A DNA stretch of 64,000 nucleotides from Clostridia bacterium (GTDB taxonomy: Bacteria; Bacillota; Clostridia; Oscillospirales; CAG-272), in assembly GCA_017447775.1 (NCBI GenBank), contig JAFSMU010000010.1:12008-76007 (forward strand), read 5' to 3'. Under the pieces are notes generated by a model. The model made no database searches and was not told where the DNA came from. It was given only the letters and a program-made list of their open reading frames with translations. The translations under genes and the position numbers were made by a program. How positions within the stretch are numbered: the stretch's first letter is position 1; each line of letters starts with the position of its first letter. Positions 34,027-43,700 of the stretch are shown piece after piece.

Positions 34027-34565
34027 ACGATCGTAACATTGGAGAATATCGCCTGAACGTCGACGATATTCCGAAAAAACTAAACGATATCCACGCCGGC
34101 GACGTGGTTTATCTTTCCGGCACGGTATATACGGCAAGAGACGCGGCGCACAAAAAAATAATTTCTCTTATGGAGAAGGGGGAAAAACTCCCGTTTGACG
34201 TTTGCGGATCGGCTATATATTACGCCGGGCCTACTCCAGAAAAAGACGGACAGGTCATCGGCTCTTGCGGGCCGACGACGTCATCGCGTATGGATATGTT
34301 CACGGTGCCGCTGATCGAAGCGGGGCTTTGCGCCATGATCGGAAAGGGAAAACGCTCAAAGGCTGTCATTGATGCGATGAAAAAGCACGGCGCGGTATAT
34401 TTTTGCGCTGTCGGCGGCGCGGGCGCGCTTGCGGCAAGCCATATCACGTCATCGGACGTCATCGCTTTTCCGGAACTTGGGTGCGAGGCAGTAAGAAGGC
34501 TTGTTTTCAAAGACTTTCCGCTGATAGTCGGTATCGACGCGTCGGGGCAGAGCATCGTCAGATGA
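34023..34565 (+). CDS. Fe-S type hydro-lyase beta subunit (class I fumarate/tartrate dehydratase, C-terminal-domain protein)
   Basis: 180-aa ORF with motifs GTVYTARDAAHK, GPTTSSRMD and GKGKR typical of FumB/TtdB. ATGA overlap with the DivIVA stop. Confidence 0.8.
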   Translation: MNDRNIGEYRLNVDDIPKKLNDIHAGDVVYLSGTVYTARDAAHKKIISLMEKGEKLPFDVCGSAIYYAGPTPEKDGQVIGSCGPTTSSRMDMFTVPLIEAGLCAMIGKGKRSKAVIDAMKKHGAVYFCAVGGAGALAASHITSSDVIAFPELGCEAVRRLVFKDFPLIVGIDASGQSIVR

Positions 34566-34588
34566 TCTTCGCTTTTTTTGCAAATTTG

Positions 34589-34617
34589 TTGACTTTTCGA
34601 CGTTATTATGTTAGAAT
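34589..34617 (+). promoter_or_regulatory. sigma-A type promoter of mscL
   Basis: TTGACT-17 nt-TAGAAT. Confidence 0.5.
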
Positions 34618-34660
34618 TTAATCGGCAATAAACCAAATACATATCAGGAGATGAAAAAAT

Positions 34661-35182
34661 ATGGCTAAAAAAGGTTCATTTTGGTCTGATTTTAAGGAGT
34701 TTATATCAAGAGGCAATATTCTTGATATGGCAGTCGGCGTTGTTATCGGCGGAGCCTTCGGCAAAATAGTTACCGGGCTTGTAAACTTTATCATAAACCC
34801 GATCATCGGTTTGCTTACGGGCGGCATAAGCCTTGACGGACTGAAAACGATCGTAAGAGCGGCAGACGAAGCCGCCGGCGTTGAAGAGGTTGCGATCCTT
34901 TGGGGCTCGTGGATACAGACGATAATCGACTTTATCATCGTTGCATTCTGCATTTTCCTCGTAATAAGAGCTATTATGAAGGCAAAGAAAATCGCAAACG
35001 CAAAGAAGATAGCCGAAGAAGAAAAGAAAGCCGCTGAAGAAAAAGCAAAAGCCGAAGAAGAGAAGAAAGAAGCGGAAGCCGCTGCCGCAGCTCTTGAGGC
35101 AAAGAGAATCGCGGTTGAGGATGCTACTATCCGCAGCGAGAATCTTCTTGAAGAGATCAAAGAGCTTCTTGCAAAGAAATAA
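34661..35182 (+). CDS. mscL: large-conductance mechanosensitive channel MscL with extended charged C-terminus
   Basis: FKEFISRGNILDMAVGVVIGGAFGKIV is canonical MscL TM1. It is followed by a K/E/A-rich tail of about 60 aa. Confidence 0.9.
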   Translation: MAKKGSFWSDFKEFISRGNILDMAVGVVIGGAFGKIVTGLVNFIINPIIGLLTGGISLDGLKTIVRAADEAAGVEEVAILWGSWIQTIIDFIIVAFCIFLVIRAIMKAKKIANAKKIAEEEKKAAEEKAKAEEEKKEAEAAAAALEAKRIAVEDATIRSENLLEEIKELLAKK

Positions 35183-35193
35183 TATGCAAACAT

Positions 35194-35222
35194 AAAAATC
35201 ACCGCTTCGGCGGTGATTTTTT
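35194..35222 (+). terminator. intrinsic terminator after mscL
   Basis: aaaaatcaccgc-ttcg-gcggtgatttttt. Confidence 0.8.
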
Positions 35223-35240
35223 GATTTTTGAAAAAAGGTA

Positions 35241-35269
35241 TTGACAAATCGGGCATTTTGCTCTATAAT
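35241..35269 (+). promoter_or_regulatory. consensus sigma-A promoter of tRNA-Ser
   Basis: TTGACA-17 nt-TATAAT. Confidence 0.6.
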
Positions 35270-35297
35270 AAATAAGCTAAATAAAGATTTTCAATTC

Positions 35298-35390
35298 GGA
35301 GAAGTACTCAAGAGGCCGAAGAGGCGCCCCTGCTAAGGGTGTAGGTCGGACATAACCGGCGCGAGAGTTCAAATCTCTCCTTCTCCGCCA
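35298..35390 (+). tRNA. tRNA-Ser (anticodon GCT)
   Basis: GGAGAAG...CTTCTCC acceptor stem. The anticodon loop CTGCTAA gives GCT. It has a long variable arm, the T-arm GAGAG-TTCAAAT-CTCTC and an encoded CCA. Confidence 0.92.
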
Positions 35391-35393
35391 GAA

Positions 35394-35420
35394 AACAGTC
35401 GCAAAAGCGGCTGTTTTTTT
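35394..35420 (+). terminator. intrinsic terminator after tRNA-Ser
   Basis: acagtcgc-aaaa-gcggctgt followed by ttttttt. Confidence 0.7.
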
Positions 35421-35461
35421 CTTTATTCGTGCAAAAAAACGAGTATATTGTGACGAAAATG

Positions 35462-35490
35462 TTGACTTTTGTCGCAAAAAGATGTATTAT
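35462..35490 (+). promoter_or_regulatory. sigma-A type promoter of the GGDEF gene
   Basis: TTGACT-17 nt-TATTAT. Confidence 0.5.
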
Positions 35491-35521
35491 AATAAGTAAT
35501 TCTATTTAAGGATGGGAATTA

Positions 35522-36895
35522 TTGGTGAATATCAGATCCAAACAAAGAAAAATCGTCGGGGGCTGGACTACAAAATCGGTGATCATACCGATTGCGATCA
35601 CTCTTGCGATAATTCATGCCATAGTTATTTCGGTTATAATTTTAATAAACGTCAACAGTTCCCGACTGTCAACAATAATGCAAAATTACGGGCAGTATAT
35701 CGAGGACGCCACATCGTTGCAGGGAGGCTCGAGCTTGCTTTCGGAAACGTCGAGTATTTTTGTTCTTACTCCGCTTGACGATAACGGGGAGGTGAACTAT
35801 CGTTCCCTTATCGCATACGCAAACGAGATCAAAAGAGACAGACGCGGCAAAGACGTTCTGGGACGTTTTATGACGTATGACGTAAATAGCGACGTTATTG
35901 AAAAAATAAAGATCGCCGCGGAAAGCGCCGAGCAAATGCTTGTGATACAGCGCCGCGCCATCGGGCTTGTGCGCTCGGTATATGAGTTGCCGAAAATTCC
36001 GGTTCTTGACAACTTGCCGACGTATGAACTTACAGAAAGCGAGCTTTCGATGACAAACGAGGAGAGGCTTGCATACGCCGCGAAAATGATGTACGGGCCG
36101 GAATATTCGAGCTATAAGCAGCTTGTGTCCGAGAACACTACCGAGTCTGTCGGAAAGCTACGGGCTGAGCTTTCTCAGAAATCGAGCGTTGCGTCGCACA
36201 ACATAACGATAACAAGGATCGTAATGTGGGTGATCACCATCCTCGTTATTCTGATATTGCTTTTGACATTTGTTTTCATGTTCAGGCAGCTTGTCGTTCC
36301 TCTTACAAAGTTTACGGAGAAAATATCGTCGGGCGACAGCCTTGACGCCGACCATGGATTGTATGAGGTCCGCCTGCTTGCGTCGTCGTACAACGGTCTG
36401 CTTGAAAGAAAGGGAGATCTTGAAAACGCGCTCAGAAGCGCTGCGGAAACAGACGCCTTGACAGGCCTTCCAAACAGATTCAGCTTCAACCAGTTGCTTT
36501 CAAAGAAGGATGAACGTGGCTATTCCGTAGCAGTATTCCTTTTCGACGTCAATTTCTTGAAAATAACAAACGACACAAAAGGGCACGTTGCGGGCGATAA
36601 GCTTATTTGCGACGCCGGCGATTGCATAAAAGAGTGCTTTGGCAACAAAGAGGGAAGCTATTGCTTCAGGTTCGGCGGAGATGAATTTGCCGCACTGATT
36701 AAAGGGTGCAGCCGCGACGAAATAGACGGTTATCTTGAAAAATTCGAGGCTTTGCAAAAAGAAAAAGGCATAAGCATCGCAACGGGATATGCCTACGCCG
36801 ACGAAATATCGGAATCCGGCCTTGAAAAGATGTTCCTCGAAGCAGACAAGAAAATGTACGAAAACAAGGCCACAACTCACAAAAACAGAATATAA
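35522..36895 (+). CDS. membrane-anchored diguanylate cyclase (GGDEF domain)
   Basis: Two TM segments flank a periplasmic-type region. The C-terminal GGDEF domain carries RFGGDEFA and DALTGLPNR. Confidence 0.88.
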   Translation: MVNIRSKQRKIVGGWTTKSVIIPIAITLAIIHAIVISVIILINVNSSRLSTIMQNYGQYIEDATSLQGGSSLLSETSSIFVLTPLDDNGEVNYRSLIAYANEIKRDRRGKDVLGRFMTYDVNSDVIEKIKIAAESAEQMLVIQRRAIGLVRSVYELPKIPVLDNLPTYELTESELSMTNEERLAYAAKMMYGPEYSSYKQLVSENTTESVGKLRAELSQKSSVASHNITITRIVMWVITILVILILLLTFVFMFRQLVVPLTKFTEKISSGDSLDADHGLYEVRLLASSYNGLLERKGDLENALRSAAETDALTGLPNRFSFNQLLSKKDERGYSVAVFLFDVNFLKITNDTKGHVAGDKLICDAGDCIKECFGNKEGSYCFRFGGDEFAALIKGCSRDEIDGYLEKFEALQKEKGISIATGYAYADEISESGLEKMFLEADKKMYENKATTHKNRI

Positions 36896-36900
36896 AAGCA

Positions 36901-36931
36901 AAAATCGGAAGACGTCTGTCTTCCGATTTTT
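36901..36931. terminator. bidirectional terminator between the GGDEF gene and tRNA-Thr
   Basis: aaaatcggaagac-gtct-gtcttccgattttt is a 10-bp perfect stem with A and T runs on both sides. Confidence 0.75.
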
Positions 36932-37007
36932 TGGAGCTGGTAACCGGAATCGGACCGGTGACCTCGTCATTACCAATGACGTGCTCTACCGACTGAGCCA
37001 TACCAGC
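36932..37007 (-). tRNA. tRNA-Thr (anticodon GGT) with non-canonical T-loop
   Basis: The reverse complement is GCTGGTA TG GCTC AGTCGGTA GAGC A CGTCA TTGGTAA TGACG AGGTC ACCGG TCCGATT CCGGT TACCAGC T CCA. This is a full cloverleaf, but position 55 is C rather than U. Confidence 0.8.
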
Positions 37008-37051
37008 ACGGTTCATATTATAACAAACAAAAACCGTTTTGTCAACCGTTT

Positions 37052-37516
37052 TCAGCGATTTCTTTCTTTTTCAAACCGCTCGATATCGCGTCTTTCTGCC
37101 TTTTGAGCTTCCGCCTCGCGCTTATCGTAAAGCTTTTTGCCTTTGCAAACGCCAAGCTCAACTTTGACCTTATCGCCGAGAAAATACAAAGAGAGGGGAA
37201 CAAGCGTATATCCGTCGCGCTCAATGGACGATTTAAGCCTTACGATCTCGCGCTTGAGCATAAGCAACTTGCGCTCGCGGAGCGGATCGCGATTGAAGAT
37301 GTTTCCTTTTTCGTAGGGACTGATGTGAATACCGGTGGCAAATATTTCGCCGTCTTTTACGTGGCAGTATGAATCTTTGAGATTTACCGCGCCTTGCCTG
37401 AGCGACTTTACCTCCGTGCCGAAAAGAGCGATGCCCGCTTCGTGCGTGTCGATTACAAAATAGTCGTGATGAGCTTTTTTATTCTGCGCTATGATTTTTT
37501 TTGATCTTTCGGGCAT
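37052..37516 (-). CDS. smpB: SsrA-binding protein SmpB
   Basis: IAQNKKAHHDYFV...GIALFGTEVKSLR is canonical SmpB. The start is moved to ATG 37516 behind aaaggaga, which trims 24 spurious N-terminal codons from the track ORF. Confidence 0.92.
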   Translation of the reverse strand: MPERSKKIIAQNKKAHHDYFVIDTHEAGIALFGTEVKSLRQGAVNLKDSYCHVKDGEIFATGIHISPYEKGNIFNRDPLRERKLLMLKREIVRLKSSIERDGYTLVPLSLYFLGDKVKVELGVCKGKKLYDKREAEAQKAERRDIERFEKERNR

Positions 37517-37634
37517 TTGCGTTCTCCTTTCAGCCTTTTTCAGTATTTTACCATGTTTTTTCATCAAAGTCAATAGAGAGGAAAACAAAGCGAAAAAAAC
37601 GAAAACAAAAAAACGACAAATTTGCCTTAAATTA

Positions 37635-37663
37635 TTGAAAATCAGCGCTCGCGGTGATATAAT
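37635..37663 (+). promoter_or_regulatory. sigma-A type promoter of the MATE gene
   Basis: TTGAAA-17 nt-TATAAT with an upstream TG (extended -10). Confidence 0.5.
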
Positions 37664-37682
37664 CTACTCATAACAAATTATA

Positions 37683-39062
37683 ATGGGGAACGTTTTGGCA
37701 AAGGTCACTTTTGAAAACAATTTATCAGAGGGAAACGTGGCAAAAAAACTTCTCAAATTTGCCGCTCCTTTTATCATATCGAATATAATACAGTCGCTTT
37801 ATAACGTCGTTGATCTGATAGTCGTCGGATGGTTCGGCAACAGGCCGAGCGTTGCGGCGGTGAACAACGGCTCCCAGCTCACTTTTTTGGCAACGTGCTT
37901 TGCAATAGGCATTTCCGTCGGCGCAACGGTGCTTATAGGACAGTATCTCGGCGCGGGCAAGAGGGAAGAACTTAAAAAAACGATAGGAACGCTTATCGTT
38001 TCACTTACTGTCATCGCCGCTGTGGCGACGATGCTTATGGTCATATTCAAAGAACCGCTGCTGCGCCTTATCGGAATACCCGAGGAGGCCTTTTCGGAAG
38101 CGTCCGACTATTTGCTTGTGACCGCGCTCGGCACGATATTCATTTTCGGATATAATGCGCTTTCAGCTATAATGCGCGGAATGGGCGACAGCAAGCGCCC
38201 GCTGATTTTCGTCGTCATTGCCTGCGTTACCAATATCGGACTCGATATTTTGTTTGTCGCAGTATTCAAAATGGCGGCGCTCGGCGCGGCGATTGCAACC
38301 GTTATCGCGCAAGCGGTAAGCGTTGTTTTGTGTATAATTTACCTTACGAAAAACGATTTTATTTTCGATTTCAAAAAGCTGTCGTCGTATAAGGTAGACG
38401 GCGAAAACTTCAAAATGCTGTTCAAAGTCGGATTCCCGACGATGATCCAGCAGGTCGCGACAAACCTTTCGTTCCTTTTCCTGACGGCTCTTGCAAACAG
38501 TTTCGGACTTGCGGCGTCAAGCGCTATCGGGATAGTGGGCAAATTCAACGGCTTTGCGGTGCTTCCCGCGATCGCCGTTTCGTCGGCGATATCGGCTATG
38601 TGCGCTCAGAATATCGGCGCTGAACAAAACGAGCGCGCAGTGAAAACGATGACGACGGGGCTTATCCTTTCATACGCCATAACCGTCCCGATTTTCATTC
38701 TCACAAAAATATTTCCGTCGCAAATTTTGTCCATATTCGGAAACGACCCGGATATAATCGCCGAAGGGGTGAAATATATCGAGTTTTTCTCGTTTGATTA
38801 CCTGCTTGTGCCGCTGTTTTTCTGTATGAACGGACTTTTTATCGGCTCGGGACATACAACATTCTCGCTTGTGACGAATATGATATGTTCGATATTCGTG
38901 CGCGTTCCGGCGGCGTGGATATTCAGCAATTACGTCTTTGTCGGTATGCGCGGCCTCGGACTCGGCGCGCCGACTTCAACGCTTGTTTCGTGTATATTCG
39001 TCGTTGTTTTCTTCTTCTCGGGAAGATGGAAAAAGCGTGTTATTATCAAAAAATCAGAATAA
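37683..39062 (+). CDS. MATE-family efflux transporter
   Basis: 459-aa ORF with 12 predicted TM segments. The N-terminus has the typical MATE signature P.I.SN..QSLYN.VD...VG. Confidence 0.88.
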   Translation: MGNVLAKVTFENNLSEGNVAKKLLKFAAPFIISNIIQSLYNVVDLIVVGWFGNRPSVAAVNNGSQLTFLATCFAIGISVGATVLIGQYLGAGKREELKKTIGTLIVSLTVIAAVATMLMVIFKEPLLRLIGIPEEAFSEASDYLLVTALGTIFIFGYNALSAIMRGMGDSKRPLIFVVIACVTNIGLDILFVAVFKMAALGAAIATVIAQAVSVVLCIIYLTKNDFIFDFKKLSSYKVDGENFKMLFKVGFPTMIQQVATNLSFLFLTALANSFGLAASSAIGIVGKFNGFAVLPAIAVSSAISAMCAQNIGAEQNERAVKTMTTGLILSYAITVPIFILTKIFPSQILSIFGNDPDIIAEGVKYIEFFSFDYLLVPLFFCMNGLFIGSGHTTFSLVTNMICSIFVRVPAAWIFSNYVFVGMRGLGLGAPTSTLVSCIFVVVFFFSGRWKKRVIIKKSE

Positions 39063-39080
39063 ATATTTCAGGAGGACGAT

Positions 39081-40286
39081 ATGCTTACTCTCGGGAAAAT
39101 TTTTGACGCAAAGCGTGTGCTTAAAGACGTTGCAAGATACACCGATCTTATCAAAGCTCCGCTTCTTTCAAGCGAATGTAAACTCTATCTTAAACCGGAG
39201 AATCTTCAATTTACGGGATCGTTCAAGCTGCGCGGCGCGGGGTACAAAATTGCGTCGCTCACCGACGAGGAGCGCTCGCACGGCGTTATAGCTTGCTCGG
39301 CGGGAAATCACGCGCAGGGCGTTGCGCTTTCCGCGTCGAAATACGGCATAAAATCTGTGGTATGTATGCCCGATAACGCGCCGATAATGAAGGTTGAGGC
39401 GACGAAAGCGTACGGAGCCGAGGTCGTGCTCGTTCCCGGAGTTTACGACGACGCTTACGCAAAAGCCGTCGAAATGCAAAAGGAGTACGGCTACACATTC
39501 GTCCATCCCTTCAACGACGAAAACGTCATCGCGGGACAGGGAACGATAGGGCTTGAAATTCTCGATGAGCTGCCGGAAACGGACGTTATCGTCTGCGCTG
39601 TCGGCGGCGGCGGGCTTATCTCCGGAATTGCGTTTGCCGCAAAATCTGTAAATCCCAACGTCAAAGTATACGGCGTTCAGGCGGAGGGGGCCGCCAGTAT
39701 GTATGAAGCGGTGAACGCGGGACACGTCGTAAAGCTCCCGTCAGTCGCGACATTTGCGGACGGCATCGCCGTAAAAGAAGCGGGAAGCCTTACATACGAC
39801 ATCGTTTCAAAATACGTTGACGGCATCGTTACCGTCAGCGACAGCGAGATCGCAACGGCGATCCTTGCTATGATGGAAAAGCAAAAAATGGTCGCCGAGG
39901 GCGCGGGCGCGGCTGCGGTCGCGGCGGTGATCACGGGAAAGATACCGTGCAAAGACAAAAAGACGGTGTGCGTTGTTTCGGGCGGCAACATCGACGTGAA
40001 TATTCTTTCGACCGTACTTGAACGCGGCCTTTACGCAACTGGACGCACACACCGCGTAAGAGTTTCTTTGCCGGATAGACCGGGCGAGCTTTCGGAGATA
40101 ACGGGCGTCATTTCCGAAATGGGCGGAAACGTGCTTTCCGTTCATCACGAGCGCGGAAGCGACCTTTCAAAGATAAACAGGTGCAAGCTCGATATCGTTA
40201 TTGAAACGCGCGGATTTGACCATATAGAAAAAATCGACCGCGCACTTGAAGAACACGGATATGAATTTGTAAACAAATCGAAATAA
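39081..40286 (+). CDS. ilvA: threonine ammonia-lyase (PLP-dependent, with C-terminal ACT-like domain)
   Basis: PLP lysine context ENLQFTGSFKLRGA, glycine loop GGGGLISG, and an ACT-like regulatory tail of about 80 aa. Confidence 0.88.
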   Translation: MLTLGKIFDAKRVLKDVARYTDLIKAPLLSSECKLYLKPENLQFTGSFKLRGAGYKIASLTDEERSHGVIACSAGNHAQGVALSASKYGIKSVVCMPDNAPIMKVEATKAYGAEVVLVPGVYDDAYAKAVEMQKEYGYTFVHPFNDENVIAGQGTIGLEILDELPETDVIVCAVGGGGLISGIAFAAKSVNPNVKVYGVQAEGAASMYEAVNAGHVVKLPSVATFADGIAVKEAGSLTYDIVSKYVDGIVTVSDSEIATAILAMMEKQKMVAEGAGAAAVAAVITGKIPCKDKKTVCVVSGGNIDVNILSTVLERGLYATGRTHRVRVSLPDRPGELSEITGVISEMGGNVLSVHHERGSDLSKINRCKLDIVIETRGFDHIEKIDRALEEHGYEFVNKSK

Positions 40287-40305
40287 AAAACAGGAGGAGA
40301 TCACA

Positions 40306-40680
40306 ATGGCAGATATCATTTATACAAAAAACGCGCCTGACGCGATCGGCCCTTATTCACAGGCTGTTAAAGTCGGCGGACTCGTTTTCACATCCGGACA
40401 AATAGCAATAAACCCCGCAAGCGGAAACGTTGAAGCTACGACGATCGAGGAGCAGACAGAGCAAGTCTGCAAAAATCTTACAGCTGTCCTTTCGGCTGCC
40501 GGCACATCGATAGAAAAGGCCGTAAAGACGGTTTGCTTCCTTTCCGATATGGGCGATTTTGCCGCGTTCAACGGCGTTTACGGCAAATATTTCACATCAA
40601 AACCCGCGCGCTCATGCGTTGCGGTAAAAACGCTTCCCAAAAACGTTCTCGTCGAGGTCGAAGTAATAGCGGAAGTATAA
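40306..40680 (+). CDS. ridA: RidA/YjgF-family reactive enamine/imine deaminase
   Basis: 124-aa ORF, APDAIGPYSQAVKVGGLVFTSGQI...PARSCV.V..LPK...VE, canonical RidA directly after ilvA. Confidence 0.92.
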   Translation: MADIIYTKNAPDAIGPYSQAVKVGGLVFTSGQIAINPASGNVEATTIEEQTEQVCKNLTAVLSAAGTSIEKAVKTVCFLSDMGDFAAFNGVYGKYFTSKPARSCVAVKTLPKNVLVEVEVIAEV

Positions 40681-40720
40681 AAAACAGGCGGTCATTTTGG
40701 CCGCCTTTTTATGTTTTTGT
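40681..40720 (+). terminator. intrinsic terminator after ridA
   Basis: aggcgg-(9 nt)-ccgcct followed by ttttatgttttt. Confidence 0.65.
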
Positions 40721-40721
40721 G

Positions 40722-40750
40722 TTGACTTAATCGACATAATATGATAAAAT
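40722..40750 (+). promoter_or_regulatory. sigma-A type promoter of the mannosidase gene
   Basis: TTGACT-17 nt-TAAAAT. The first ATG of the track ORF (40741) lies inside this spacer/-10 region. Confidence 0.45.
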
Positions 40751-40785
40751 TATATCAAAGAATAAATATCAGAAAGGGCGACAAG

Positions 40786-43700
40786 ATGAATTTTATTTAC
40801 GAAAGAATAGGAAAAATGCTTTCCGTCATCAAAGAAAGAATGTTCGGCAAGGCGATAAAGATAAGCGGACTTGAATTCAGCGAGTGCGGATATAAAACGA
40901 CAAACCTCCCGCCGCGCGGACTAAGATGGACGCCTGTCCCGGATAATTTCAGCGTCGGAGGCGACGGCGCGGAGCATCATATGTGGGTAAAGGGCAAAAT
41001 AATCATACCCGATGAAATGATGGGCAAAAGCGTTGCCGTTATCAATTCTTCAAACGAGGACAGATCATGGGGAAGAACGCCGCAGTATCTTGTGTATATC
41101 GATGGCAAGGCGGTCGGCGCATTTGACAGAAACCATCTTTCGATAGATATTGATTCAAACGTAAAAGAACACGATTTTACCGTATATGTCTACGCGGAAG
41201 AGAACGCGCATATTTACGATATGTCATTCTCGATAAGGGAAGTTTACGATGACGTAAGACGTCTTTATTTCGATATCGACGTACCTTATGAGATACTCGG
41301 ATACAGCGATCCCGATACGCGTTCATACTGCCTTGTCAGAGATGCGGTAAACGAGGCGCTTAACGTTGTCGACTTTTCTTCTTGCGGCGAGGAATTTTTC
41401 AAATCGGCTCGCGACGCGTCGGCATATCTTGAAGAAAACCTCTACCAAAAATACAAAAACGAAGAAACTTCGTGCGTTTGCATAGGTCATACGCATATCG
41501 ACGTCGCGTGGATGTGGACGTTTGCTCAGACAAGAGAAAAAGTGCAGCGCTCATTTTCGACCGTTGTGTCGCTTATGAAAAAGTATCCCGAATACAAGTT
41601 CATGAGCTCGCAGGCGCAGCTTTATAAATTCCTCAAAGAAGACGCGCCGGACGTTTACGAGGAAGTTAAAACGCTTATAAAAGAGGGACGCTGGGAAGTT
41701 GAAGGCGCGATGTGGGTCGAGGCCGACTGCAACATTCCGAGTGGCGAATCGCTTGTCCGTCAGGTAATGTACGGCAAAAAGTTCTTTATGGACGAGTTCG
41801 GAGTCGACTGCCGCGTTCTGTGGCTCCCCGACGCATTCGGATACAGCGCCGCGCTCCCGCAGATACTTAAAAAGAGCGGTGTTGACTATTTTGTAACGTC
41901 GAAAATAGGCTGGAACGAAACGAACCGTATGCCGTATGATTTCTTTAACTGGCGCGGCATCGACGGTACGGGCATCCACTCGTATTTCCTTACGGCGCAG
42001 ACGAAAAAACGCGGTCAAAAGCCCGAAACGATATCGACGTACAACGCAAATCTTTGCCCGTCGCACGTCGCCGGGGCATACGATCGCTTCCAGCAGAAAG
42101 AGCTTTCCGATGAAGTCATTATAACTTACGGTTACGGCGACGGCGGCGGCGGCCCGACGGAAGAAATGATCGAGCGCGGACGCAGACTTGAGGGAGGACT
42201 TCCCGGTTGCCCGGCTGTAAAATTCGATTTCGCAGGGAAATTCCTTACGGATCTTGACGAAAAGACAAAATCAAAGAAGATACCCGAATGGCGCGGCGAG
42301 CTTTATCTTGAGATGCACCGCGGCACGTATACCTCCCAGGCAAAGAACAAGAAAAACAACAGAAAGAGCGAGTTTATCTATCGCAACGCCGAGCTTTACT
42401 CTGTAATGGGCGAGGTTTTGTGCAAAATTCCTTACCCGGCAAAGACGCTCTCGGAAGGATGGGAGAAGATACTTCTTTGCCAATTCCACGACGTTGTCCC
42501 CGGTTCGTCGATACACCCCGTGTATGAGGATACGGACAAGATTTATTCAAAGCTTATGGGCGAGGGCAAGGCTGTTGTTAAAGGCGTGCTCGACGTTATT
42601 TCAAAGAACGTAAAGACATACGGCGGTCTGCTTGTTTTCAACCCCAACCCGTTTGAAGTTTCGGCGCAGATCATGGCCGAGGGCGAGTGGAGATACGTCG
42701 AAAAGATACCTTCACTCGGCTGGGCAGTCGTTGCTCCTGCCGAAAAGGCAGTTCCGTATGTTTCGCCTAAAAAGATCGAAAACGACCTTCTTGTTGTCGA
42801 ATTTGACGACGATATGAACATTTGCCGCATTTACGACAAAGAAGCGGGACGCGAGGTGCTTAAATCGGGCGAGGTCGCAAACAAGCTTGAAGCTTATGAG
42901 GACTTCCCGCGCTTCTACGACGCTTGGGAGATCACAAATTACTATAAGGAAAAGAAATATGACGTAAACAACGTGATTTCGTGCGAGAAGTACGAATGCG
43001 GCGAAAAAGCCGGCGTTGTCGTAACGCGTAAATTCAAAAATTCCGTTATCCGTCAGATCATAACGCTTGACGGACACACCAAAAACATCGGTTTTGAAAC
43101 CGATATCGACTGGCATGAGGAACACATCCTGCTCAAATCCGCGTTCCCGTTTGACCTTAACACGTCGAGCGCAACGTATGAGATACAGTATGGATACGTT
43201 CAGAGAAACACGCACGAAAACACAAGCTGGGATGCGGCAAAATTCGAGGTATGCGGTCATAAATACGCCGATATTTCCGAAAACGGCTACGGCGTTTCGC
43301 TCATCAACGACTGCAAATACGGTTACAGCGCCGACGGTTCGACTCTGTCGCTGACACTGCTCAAATGCGCGACGTACCCTGATCCTGACGCAGATAAAGG
43401 CGTTCACCACTTCACGTACACGCTCGCTCCTCATAACGGCAGCTTCTCGGCGGCAAAAACGGTGGAAAATGCGTATATTCTCAACAACCCGCTTGAATGT
43501 GTGCCTATGTCAAGGCAGGACGGCGCGCTTTCCGACAAATTCTCGTTTGCGAAGATCGACGGCGAGGGAGTTGTCATTGATACTGTCAAGAAGGCAGAGG
43601 ACGGCAGCGGCATCATCGTAAGACTTTACGAGGCGACAAACTCGCGTGGCAAGCACACGCTGACCTTCGGCACGGCAATAAGCGAGGTTTACGTTTGCGA

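Noticed and set aside
35512-35778. 88-aa ORF (MGIIGEYQIQ...) overlapping the start of the GGDEF gene in another frame.
   Set aside because: Its ATG is too close to the only purine-rich stretch. The protein is Cys/His/Asn-rich without motifs, and the overlapping frame encodes a coherent TM-sensor-GGDEF protein.
36896-37051. Looked for tmRNA (ssrA) next to smpB.
   Set aside because: Only a 76-nt tRNA-Thr and a terminator fit between smpB and the GGDEF gene. There is no 350-nt RNA with a tRNA-Ala-like acceptor end or a tag reading frame.
40741-40785. Upstream extensions of several track ORFs: 40741, 43807, 45055, 46602, 47915, 49539, 53500-54192, 37517-37588, 21208, 22967, 24181, 16523 and 6775.
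   Set aside because: In each case the extension lacks an RBS, overlaps a promoter, terminator or the preceding gene, or adds non-homologous residues. An internal start with a good Shine-Dalgarno gives the family-typical N-terminus.
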